From a virus (Duplodnaviria; Caudoviricetes): a stretch of DNA of 64,000 bases. This document shows, one piece after another, positions 28,679 through 36,839 of this stretch; the first letter of the stretch is position 1, and each line of letters opens with the position of its first letter. Where the stretch lies: the IMG/VR virus record IMGVR_UViG_3300033555_000001, positions 246,729 to 310,728 of that record; one strand, 5' to 3'. Below the pieces are notes generated by a model. It ran no database searches and was not told the DNA's origin. It saw nothing but the letters and a program-made list of their open reading frames with translations. The position numbers and the translations under genes are program-made.

Positions 28679-29161
28679 ATGAAGTCAACGAATCACGGTG
28701 TGCAGCAAAGCGATCGAGCCACTTTCATGCAGCTTATAGCTGGCACAGTTATTAATTGTATTGAAAACGGCAAAGACGCAGTTGTACTCTGTGGTACCGA
28801 GATCGGCGCGCCTACTCCACATGAATTGGCTGAAGAGACGTTTAATATGTACACTACCGCCAACGGTTATCAGCCAGTCAAAGATCTTACGGGTCTAGCG
28901 CTGTGGGACATAAGAACGTGTAACATAGGTCAATTTGTTTCAACAGCTGATGTGAACTTTGATCAGTTCAATTCTCAAACCAGATTGTTGCACCATAAAG
29001 TTCGGCTTGCCATTATTACCACCACGGAAAATGATGATCAGCAAAAAATCTCTGAATTTTTATCAGTTATGGGAAAGCATTGCGCGAGTATTTCTTATCT
29101 CAGCTACAGTCCTGTAATAAAGCAATTTGAGAAAAAGCGCCGAATTTTTTCCTCACGCTAA
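28679..29161 (+). CDS. hypothetical protein
   Basis: Ends RRIFSSR like the preceding ORF (RRKFSSR). Confidence 0.6.
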   Translation: MKSTNHGVQQSDRATFMQLIAGTVINCIENGKDAVVLCGTEIGAPTPHELAEETFNMYTTANGYQPVKDLTGLALWDIRTCNIGQFVSTADVNFDQFNSQTRLLHHKVRLAIITTTENDDQQKISEFLSVMGKHCASISYLSYSPVIKQFEKKRRIFSSR

Positions 29162-29303
29162 TAGCGAATTTATAATGAAATATTCATTAAAGACCAGACC
29201 GGAATGAGACCGTTAAACACAGCGGGTCTTAAAACCGATGATGAAATAACTGCGGCGTTGTTTGGTACTTCGCAGGCTTAACCAACTCAAAAGGAAAAGA
29301 CAA

Positions 29304-29762
29304 ATGGGCGCCGCATCCTATCTTCTAGTTAGCACCCTGCTCACAGCAGGAGTCATTGCAGGTGTTCACGCCGTGCAGCAAGAACCACCAAAAGAAGAGG
29401 CGTGGGTGCTTATTGGCAGTACCCAATTTGTCAGATTTGACGTTCACCGTGCAACCATTGAGACGAATGCAGAGACGCAGTCCGTGCAATTTGTACTTCG
29501 CTCGCAGTTTAAAGTCGCAGAAGACGGCGTAAAGACTGTGCTGGAACCAACTGTAATTTTGTGCAAATCTCGCACTATGATTACCACTGGGCGCTCGCAC
29601 TATTCTGAGGCTCACAAAGAACTGCCCGCAAAACAGGGTGCTACCGTGTACGAAGACCCGGGGGTCAAAGGCCACGTTGTAACAGTGTTGATACAAATGG
29701 CGTGCGATCCAACTGATACCGTTACAGAAAAAAGAACTAAAAAATCAAACGTTAGTATATAA
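29304..29762 (+). CDS. exported hypothetical protein
   Basis: AAGGA RBS, signal peptide, two Cys. Confidence 0.6.
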   Translation: MGAASYLLVSTLLTAGVIAGVHAVQQEPPKEEAWVLIGSTQFVRFDVHRATIETNAETQSVQFVLRSQFKVAEDGVKTVLEPTVILCKSRTMITTGRSHYSEAHKELPAKQGATVYEDPGVKGHVVTVLIQMACDPTDTVTEKRTKKSNVSI

Positions 29763-29771
29763 TTACTTATT

Positions 29772-29847
29772 GCCGATGTAGCTGAGCGGTTACAGCAGAG
29801 GATTCTAAATCCTAAGATCCCCGGTTCGAATCCGGGCATCGGCACCA
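29772..29847 (+). tRNA. amber suppressor tRNA (anticodon CUA)
   Basis: Canonical 76-nt cloverleaf; anticodon arm GAGGA-TT-CTA-AA-TCCTA; T loop TTCGAAT; A73 and CCA. Confidence 0.92.
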
Positions 29848-30377
29848 TAGTTTAATTATAGCGAGGTCTATTATGCTTACCACCACAGCAATTGCCTTAG
29901 TTTATTTTGTATTCGTCACTGCGGTTTATTTCTGTATTATTGCCGTGATAGTAAAAGATGGTCGAACTAACACCACGCCCACAAAACGAAAATATAACTC
30001 AATCATCTTTTTCGCTGTTACCGTGTTCTATATTGTGTCAATGATTAGCAGCACGCTAACTTTCTGAGCAATTTAAACTTTAATTACGTTATAAGATATC
30101 TAAGAGACTCCATGTTAGAAGATCCTAAACACGACATACCAGCTGTAAAGACACGGGCAACTTTAGTAACAGTAAGCAAAATTAAAAGTGCTGCTCTCAG
30201 ACGCACTGTTATTGTTTTAACCTTTGTGCCAATGCTGACTGCTAATATAGTGTGTGTTGGTATTGCTGCGGTGAAGGGGCTGTTCAGAAATATAACTGTG
30301 GTATTTTCTACTGCGGTAAAACACTGGTAATTTTACTACTTTAAAATATAAGACGCTATTTTATACACGGGAAATCA

Positions 30378-30791
30378 ATGAGCGTTATAGCTAACTTTGT
30401 GAATCGTTTATTTCCGTCTTTGGCGCATCATTTTGCTTCATCGTGCACGCTGCAGGTTTCAAAAGCAAATGCTCAGCAGCTTGAGGCTCTTGATATTGAC
30501 AAGATACACATTGAATACCGGCCAATCATTGGCGCTCTAGTTCCACGCTTTTATTGGGGTGAAGGTGAAGGTGATCACTTTCTACCCGACGGTTATTTGC
30601 ATTTGCCGACGGTTCCAATGATCATAACGCGGAAGGGGCAAAACAGCTATTCAGTCCGCGCTTTTAAAGAACATCAATCGATGAGCGCTGTGGAGTTTAA
30701 TGGTTTTATCGCTCAGCTGATTATAGATGCAATTACCACGATCAATTATAAAAATTACCTGTTCGACAAACACGCGACAAAAACCTGGTAA
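30378..30791 (+). CDS. hypothetical protein
   Basis: 137-aa ORF. Confidence 0.55.
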   Translation: MSVIANFVNRLFPSLAHHFASSCTLQVSKANAQQLEALDIDKIHIEYRPIIGALVPRFYWGEGEGDHFLPDGYLHLPTVPMIITRKGQNSYSVRAFKEHQSMSAVEFNGFIAQLIIDAITTINYKNYLFDKHATKTW

Positions 30792-30961
30792 TTTTCCCGG
30801 ACGGCTCTAAACTTACCGGCGCAACTGAACAAAAAATGGATACGGTGTTTGCGGTTACAAAATAACCAGTACCTGTTAGTAACCTGAACTAATTTTATTT
30901 GATTCTGAAAACTGTATTAATATACAAGAGTACTAAAGATTAACCAACCACTGGAGTTAAC

Positions 30962-31312
30962 ATGAAGCACTAGATTGAAAATCAGAAAACATATTTGTAC
31001 GCAATCTCTCGCCGAGATATTCCTCTCGCGCAACAGGGAATTCAAGCAGCTCATGCTGGAATTGAATTTGCCTATCAGTACGGTCGCCCTGCCGATCACC
31101 ATTCCTCGTATATTCATTTAACTGTTCGCAACAAAGAACACCTTGAGCATCTCTGTGCGCAGCTTTTGGCGTGCGGCCAGCGTACGGCTGAATTCCACGA
31201 GCCATATCAAGATTGGGGCTTAACCGCAATTGCAACAATTTTAACAGAAGAAAATCGCCATTTACTTAAAGGCCTACAACTGTGGCGCCTACCAACTCAG
31301 GAGCAATCATGA
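30962..31312 (+). CDS. Pth2-fold (peptidyl-tRNA hydrolase-like) protein with an in-frame TAG at codon 4
   Basis: GGAG RBS then ATG AAG CAC TAG ATT GAA... in frame with YAISRRD....Q.IQAAHA...EFHEP...GLTAIA. Confidence 0.75.
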
Positions 31313-31749
31313 ACTATACAATTGTAGCACACAGGGAAACTGATTCAGGTACTGACCGACGCGGTGATTACTATCGTAACCCTGGCGATTTTTATTTTAG
31401 AGCATTTCAAGAAGATCAAAAAGGCGAGTTCATCAGCAAGTGGGCTGAGTTTAGTCTTGAAAATAATCACGATGATTTACACGTTATGATTAACGGGCTG
31501 ACAGAGGATGAATTCGCCGGCAGCACTGATCCGCTGGATGTTGCCAAATATTCTGAATTTGCAGCCATTACAGAATTAATGTATCTGAAGCGAGCGGTGC
31601 TTCATCATGAGCGTGCAGCAAAAGAAGCCGGTCGGCTGGGCCGTGAGACTGCTCAAAAAGCGGTGAATGAAATTAAAAACAAGCTTGTTGCTCGCCAACA
31701 GGCTGAAGCTGAAATAATCAGATTACAAAACTCGCTGAGGAACCTATGA
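31309..31749 (+). CDS. hypothetical protein
   Basis: AGGAG RBS, ATGA overlap. Confidence 0.7.
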   Translation: MNYTIVAHRETDSGTDRRGDYYRNPGDFYFRAFQEDQKGEFISKWAEFSLENNHDDLHVMINGLTEDEFAGSTDPLDVAKYSEFAAITELMYLKRAVLHHERAAKEAGRLGRETAQKAVNEIKNKLVARQQAEAEIIRLQNSLRNL

Positions 31750-32297
31750 AAATTACACTGAACCAAAATCCGCTGCACGCAGTTGTAGAACTAGATGAGC
31801 GTGAAATTGCAGCACTTAGACAAAAGCTGATCATTGCTGATCTCGAAGACAGATTGGCTGAAGCCAGCTTTAGATTAACGGACGGAAAATATTTTAACCT
31901 CGAACTAGCTCGCAAATCTACCAAGCTTAGCTTTCTAGATGAAGACGGTGCTACCGGTGAACACGCTCAGGAGATTGATAGGCGCCTCAAGTACTATGTT
32001 GAGGCACTCACTGAGGTGCACGGTGGTGACTGCACGTGTATTCCGGCCTCATGTATGAAGTGCCATGCTGAAGAGATGCTTGGAATTGACACCGCACCGT
32101 ACAGCAAGCACACTGGTAATTCTATTCAGTCTGCGTTTAGTAAACCTGGCACTACACTTGATGAAGCAATTGAGGTACTCCGCACGCCCATTGAGCCACA
32201 GAAAGGTTATGAACAGCACTTGGCGCGGTGGAATGTTCAAAGGGCACAGGCACTAATTGCCTTACTTGAACACCAGAAAATGCTATCTGTCACCTAA
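31746..32297 (+). CDS. hypothetical protein with a Cys cluster (GDCTC...C.KC)
   Basis: 183 aa; GAGG RBS. Confidence 0.7.
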   Translation: MKITLNQNPLHAVVELDEREIAALRQKLIIADLEDRLAEASFRLTDGKYFNLELARKSTKLSFLDEDGATGEHAQEIDRRLKYYVEALTEVHGGDCTCIPASCMKCHAEEMLGIDTAPYSKHTGNSIQSAFSKPGTTLDEAIEVLRTPIEPQKGYEQHLARWNVQRAQALIALLEHQKMLSVT

Positions 32298-32396
32298 TGC
32301 CTCTATAACGCGCTGTTTAGAAAAAGGACTATAATGTTATCTACAACAATATACCACGTATCACACATCACAAAAAATACCACAGGGAGAAATAGC

Positions 32397-32678
32397 ATGC
32401 AATTTACCACAAGAGAAGAATACCTGGCAGCAGTTGCGGCATGGAAACTAGAATACGCCAGTCTCGGCGCTGAAATACGTGCTCACCGAGAAGAGTTTAA
32501 AATGACCCAGCGTATCTTGTCAAGAGATGGAAGTAATTTTGGGCGCAACTTTGTGGCTATGTGGGAAGCCACCCTAAAAATGGGCGGGCTGCGGCAAAGA
32601 GCGACCGAGCTTCTTGAAGACCGGGCTGCCAGTAAAAAGGCCTCTTATTCAGCGTACCTACAAAGTCTGCTGCCGTGA
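32397..32678 (+). CDS. hypothetical protein
   Basis: GGAG RBS before ATG 32397. Confidence 0.65.
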   Translation: MQFTTREEYLAAVAAWKLEYASLGAEIRAHREEFKMTQRILSRDGSNFGRNFVAMWEATLKMGGLRQRATELLEDRAASKKASYSAYLQSLLP

Positions 32679-32752
32679 TCCCGAAATCTTGACGAGTGCT
32701 CCGCGGGATAGGCGTATAATCAATCATGCCTTATTTCTAACGGGCAATAAAA

Positions 32753-33058
32753 ATGAATCAGCAAAACGAACGAGTTTGGTATACCGCAAAGCTGCTCCCG
32801 GCAGCGCAGGCAATTTTTACTGAGGGTTTTTACCCTGAACCCAAGGCTCGTACGGGTAATCAATATGTGTACTTTACCCAAATCGATCCCACGCCGCTGA
32901 ACGCCAAAGTGCTTGTTGCCTCGCGCCTGGCAGAGAATTCATTTCGCATGCTGACTGCTGACTTGGCAAAATTTTGTCTTGAGCCCGGCGAAAAAGCAAC
33001 TCGCGCCGAAATGAAGCAGTTAAACGAACTCAGCGCGCACCTAGAAAGAAATGTCTAA
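32753..33058 (+). CDS. hypothetical protein
   Basis: 101-aa ORF after a TATAAT. Confidence 0.65.
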   Translation: MNQQNERVWYTAKLLPAAQAIFTEGFYPEPKARTGNQYVYFTQIDPTPLNAKVLVASRLAENSFRMLTADLAKFCLEPGEKATRAEMKQLNELSAHLERNV

Positions 33059-33569
33059 TACCGGGCGCCATCTTTTTATAGATTTAGAGGATACCGTCAT
33101 TGAGCCGGTACTCAACGGCTGGGGGCGCACAGCTCTCTTGAACATCGAAAAAGTAAAGCGCTTTATCAAAGAATTTAAACCAAATACCGTTAACATCTTT
33201 TCGTTTGCTATTTGGAATACAGCAGAACTTGATAAGTTTAATACACTGTGCCGCCCTGGATTAGAACAGGCACTTGGCATTAAATTTAACGCAATTCCTA
33301 CAGTAGATGACGACATTATTCCGATGTGCTGTAACGTGCTGGGCATTGGCCAGGGCGCTGTTGACTTTGACGACTGCAGCACTTTCTGGGGAAAGCACGA
33401 GGCGTTCAGATTGAATATGCGTCACCTGGCCAAGGCTTCACAGAGACCACTTGAGGTTGCATTTCTGGATGATGCAGTTTTTAACGAGAACTTTGAGTGG
33501 CCTGATCTGAAAATTTCCGGTCGTATAATCAATATTGATCTGATGCCTGATTGCGAGAGCGCTGCATGA
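33051..33569 (+). CDS. HAD-superfamily-like protein
   Basis: LFIDLEDTVI (motif I-like) and AFLDD (motif IV-like). Confidence 0.6.
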   Translation: MSNTGRHLFIDLEDTVIEPVLNGWGRTALLNIEKVKRFIKEFKPNTVNIFSFAIWNTAELDKFNTLCRPGLEQALGIKFNAIPTVDDDIIPMCCNVLGIGQGAVDFDDCSTFWGKHEAFRLNMRHLAKASQRPLEVAFLDDAVFNENFEWPDLKISGRIINIDLMPDCESAA

Positions 33570-34123
33570 AAACCTTTATTTTTGCTGCCTGTGTGCTGGC
33601 TGCTCCTGTTGCGCAGGCACAGCTGAGTGCTATCGCCCAGTATGATTTTAACAGGCAAGGTTCGCGGTCATGGACTGAAACCGCGCTTGGTATTGCGTTT
33701 GATACTGAGGTGGGCCGGGTGGACGCATCATTTATTAAAAACAGCGGCTTGCCCAATCAATCAACTGACGCGCACGGCTTTGAGCTTGGCTACAGCACGC
33801 AGCTTGACACAGCACTTGGTGCAGTAACCGGCCGGGTAGGATTTGGCCGCCGAAATTTAATTGACGGTAACCTTGGCTCTTTTACCGCAGTGCACCGGTA
33901 TTACACGCTGAGTCTGGAACACAGCGCCGCGTTGTCCTCTAACATTAACACGTTTATTAATTTCAGACATCGTAATGGGCTTAACTCCGCGCCAGTAGAT
34001 AACAGGCTCTCTGCAGGCTTTGATTTCTCTGTTGCCAGTATTACTGCCAGATTAGGCTATGGGGTAACCCGATCAAGCAGCACCTCGCACGGCATACACA
34101 CCTCAATCTCTTATAACTTTTAA
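33566..34123 (+). CDS. outer-membrane beta-barrel protein
   Basis: Signal peptide (AQA), alternating amphipathic strands, C-terminal SYNF beta-signal. Confidence 0.7.
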   Translation: MKTFIFAACVLAAPVAQAQLSAIAQYDFNRQGSRSWTETALGIAFDTEVGRVDASFIKNSGLPNQSTDAHGFELGYSTQLDTALGAVTGRVGFGRRNLIDGNLGSFTAVHRYYTLSLEHSAALSSNINTFINFRHRNGLNSAPVDNRLSAGFDFSVASITARLGYGVTRSSSTSHGIHTSISYNF

Positions 34124-34132
34124 GGACTCAAC

Positions 34133-34441
34133 ATGGACATCAGATCTTTTAAACTTACTACTGGCGAAGAGCTTGTTGCGCAATTACTTCAAGAAACAAG
34201 CCGCGGATTCCTGGTAAAGAGCCCGCTGATTGTGCACATGATGCGCACTCCAGAGGGTCCTACTTTGGCGTTTGCACAGTGGTCACTGGTTCAAAAGCAG
34301 GGTGTAGAAGTCGAGTTACTTACTAGCGCGCTGGTGTCAGCTCCAGTCCAGTTACTGGATGAAGTATCAGACAGCTATCTCCAGCAGACTACTGGAATTG
34401 CCCTGCCTCCAAAAGGCGGCAGCCAGATTTTGCTGAGCTAA
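34133..34441 (+). CDS. Sm-like-fold phage protein
   Basis: FKLTTGEELVA pattern. Confidence 0.55.
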   Translation: MDIRSFKLTTGEELVAQLLQETSRGFLVKSPLIVHMMRTPEGPTLAFAQWSLVQKQGVEVELLTSALVSAPVQLLDEVSDSYLQQTTGIALPPKGGSQILLS

Positions 34442-34442
34442 C

Positions 34443-34781
34443 ATGGCTGATATTAAAATGCTGGTTGCTGAGACCATTAAGCACTTGACAATTTTAGACG
34501 ATGCGCACGGTACTGATGTGACGGATTTTCTGGAGAGTAGTATTAATGAGGCCAAAGACACCGGCCTGATGGACGATCCTGTAGAAGCTGCAGAGTTTTT
34601 AGGTGAAGCTGTTGAATACACACCTGCGCAGCAGCGACAAAATCTGGCGAATTTTTTTGACGAGCAATTAATAACTTTGGAGGCGGAGAGCCTGTGCAGA
34701 ACTAGTGAACAACTAGAGCTGTGTCAAAAGCTCTTTTCATACCTGGTTGACCTCCTCAGCCCACCGCAGAAATCAGGTTAA
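34443..34781 (+). CDS. acidic hypothetical protein
   Basis: 112 aa. Confidence 0.6.
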   Translation: MADIKMLVAETIKHLTILDDAHGTDVTDFLESSINEAKDTGLMDDPVEAAEFLGEAVEYTPAQQRQNLANFFDEQLITLEAESLCRTSEQLELCQKLFSYLVDLLSPPQKSG

Positions 34782-34858
34782 CATTAAAGCAAATAGTATA
34801 AATAGAAATATAGTACGCGAGCGGCATCCTGCCACCCGCACATTTAAAAGGGCTTATC

Positions 34859-35038
34859 ATGGTCTCTATTGTCTTTACTCTTATTGTTATTGGCGTCTTG
34901 CTGTACTTGGTTGAGCGGTTTATTCCAATGGACGCTTCCATCAAAAACATCATTCGCATCGTTGTAGTTGTTGGTGTTGTCATTTGGCTGTTGCAAGTAC
35001 TTGGTATCATCAGCGGCATGCCGCGCTTTGGCGGGTAA
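34859..35038 (+). CDS. small two-TM membrane protein
   Basis: MVSIVFTLIVIGVLLYLVERFIPMDASIKNIIRIVVVVGVVIWLLQVLG...; TATAAATA at 34797-34804. Confidence 0.7.
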   Translation: MVSIVFTLIVIGVLLYLVERFIPMDASIKNIIRIVVVVGVVIWLLQVLGIISGMPRFGG

Positions 35039-35156
35039 CAACCCGAATTAAACTTTGAAAGAAGTTTACACGTTTGCTAAATAAGTGCTATAATGCTCTT
35101 GTAGCAGATTAATTGATTTACCCGCGGATCTCCGGTCCGCTCTCTTAACTAGGATT

Positions 35157-35261
35157 ATGAATACACTTAGCACATTACTAGCCGCGATATCAGGGACGAG
35201 TTTACTCGCCTCAATGTCACCCAGCGCGAGCACATATCCGCGAGTAAGGACTCTCAGCTAA
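35157..35261 (+). CDS. putative leader peptide (34 aa) upstream of the tRNA cluster
   Basis: AGGA RBS; followed by a 10-bp hairpin at 35283-35316. Confidence 0.5.
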   Translation: MNTLSTLLAAISGTSLLASMSPSASTYPRVRTLS

Positions 35262-35606
35262 AAATCATAATTTGATTACAGCCTCGAGGGTCCTGATGAA
35301 AGTCACGACCCTCGAGTTGCATCCGAAAGAAATTGCTGGACCTGGCGAAATAAATTGTACATGTAATAGAAGTAGAGTTATAATGAATCTCTGAACGCTG
35401 CGAACAACATCCAGCGAGTAACAAGATCTTTAACAACTTAGAACACTATTTGAGACTTAGAGATAGGTCTCATTTCAAAGCAGTTTTACACTGTGGTGCG
35501 AGTACGGCTGATAGCCAAATGTCTGCACCATGTTGAATCTTCTGCCAAAGATGATCCGCTGCCTGGCAGGGCTATGGTTAGTTTAACTGCTTTGAAATGA
35601 AAATAT

Positions 35607-35693
35607 GTTGTATCGTCAGAGTTGGAGAGCTGAAGCGGTCTGTAAAATCGTTCGCGCACGCGTGAGTAGGTTCGAATCCTACATACAACACCA
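35607..35693 (+). tRNA. tRNA-Tyr(GUA)
   Basis: Loop CTGTAAA, long variable arm, A73 and CCA. Confidence 0.9.
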
Positions 35694-35751
35694 GATTATT
35701 TGGTAGATGCGAAAATGCAAAAACCGCGGAGTAAAAATTAAAGGAAAATAA

Positions 35752-35985
35752 ATGAATATCTTAAGTCTACAAGAACAAATCTTAAGTCTACAAGAACACA
35801 GAGATGGTTTCTACGTGGTGAGTAACGTGGTGAGTGATGACGTTGGCGACACGATTTGCGTTACTGTTTTCAGACACAACGGTGAAAAATGGGTACGAAA
35901 AATTGGTTACCCAGGTGTTTTACCAACTCTTCCATTTGTTGATATAATGATGAATGAAGATCCACAACTTAAGACTTACGACTAG
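35752..35985 (+). CDS. hypothetical protein
   Basis: AAGGA RBS. Confidence 0.55.
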   Translation: MNILSLQEQILSLQEHRDGFYVVSNVVSDDVGDTICVTVFRHNGEKWVRKIGYPGVLPTLPFVDIMMNEDPQLKTYD

Positions 35986-36152
35986 AATTTTGCCAAGCGA
36001 GTAGCTCTCACTTGACGAATGTCGGGAGTAATTACCCTGACGAACTCTAAAGCTGATGAAATGGTAAACGTGGCTCCGATCAGGAGCCGAGCACACCGCA
36101 AGGTCCTCTTACAGGTTCGAGTCCTGTCCACCAGAGTTCAATGAGATTTTAA

Positions 36153-36248
36153 CCGTACTGATGAGCTCTGTAGAGAGCGAAACGAACAGTGAACAGCCGA
36201 TCGAGCGCTTGGTGGCAGCTCTCGACGCAGTAGCTGTCTCGTATACGG
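36153..36248 (+). ncRNA. hammerhead ribozyme (type I, extended stem III)
   Basis: CCGTA-CTGATGA-GCTCT(GTAG)AGAGC-GAAAC...TCGTA^TACGG; GUA cleavage triplet, predicted cut at 36243/36244. Confidence 0.88.
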
Positions 36249-36318
36249 GCTTGCCTAATGGGTAGGGAAACGCACTTGCAATGCGATGCTAGGAGATCGT
36301 TACTCCTCAGGTCCACCA
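36247..36318 (+). tRNA. atypical tRNA-Ala(UGC)
   Basis: G3.U70, A73, CCA, loop CTTGCAA; shortened 8-10 linker and non-canonical T loop. Confidence 0.65.
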
Positions 36319-36327
36319 GAATTTATT

Positions 36328-36413
36328 GTTGTTTTAGCTTAAGAAGAGCGTCGGGTCTGCCAATATTATTGGTGGACCGGGAGGAGTAGGTTCAAGTCCT
36401 ACAGACAGCACCA
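36328..36413 (+). tRNA. tRNA-like RNA with an extended anticodon arm
   Basis: Acceptor stem, D arm, canonical T arm and CCA are present; about 12 extra nt follow CTGCCA. Confidence 0.5.
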
Positions 36414-36426
36414 GTTTTACAATTAA

Positions 36427-36500
36427 CAGAGATTATGATAGTGGTAGTCGTCCTCGTCTGGACCGAGGAAGCGGAAATTCGATTTTTCCATCTCTGACCA
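36427..36500 (+). tRNA. atypical tRNA-Pro(UGG)
   Basis: C1-G72, A73, CCA; CCTCG-TCTGGAC-CGAGG arm. Confidence 0.7.
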
Positions 36501-36766
36501 ATTTTTACTACAGCACCTATTGTTCTGCACTCGCAAGAGTGGTCAGTAGCATCTGCCGAGGGTAATAATGTCAGTGAGAGTTGGTACTCTCTAGGGGTGA
36601 AAGAAGATGGTGGAACCAACTGCGACATGTGGAATGAGGCATGCGAGCGTTTCAAATCTCCTCAAAGTTAAGTCACTCACCAAGTGACAAATCTTTCTAG
36701 GGTGAAAAATCGCGCGTATCTAACGGATTTAGTAACCTCGGTCTGGTGTAATGCCAGTCAGAATAT

Positions 36767-36839
36767 GCAGGATTTCTCCTGAGAGAGAACTCACCCTTCC
36801 AAGGTGATGGACCTGGTTTGAATCCAGGATCCTGCTCCA
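36767..36839 (+). tRNA. tRNA-Gly(UCC)
   Basis: TCACC-CTTCCAA-GGTGA; C2-G71, U73, CCA. Confidence 0.85.

Noticed and set aside
35293-36060. Other CTGATGA hammerhead-core matches (35293, 36053)
   Set aside because: No stem II/GAAA/UH arrangement. They lie in a GNRA hairpin and a tRNA D arm respectively.
36392-36655. Minus-strand 87-aa ORF and other ORFs over tRNA genes (39129-39623, 27675-28075, 29612-29848)
   Set aside because: They overlap RNA genes on the plus strand and show no protein features.
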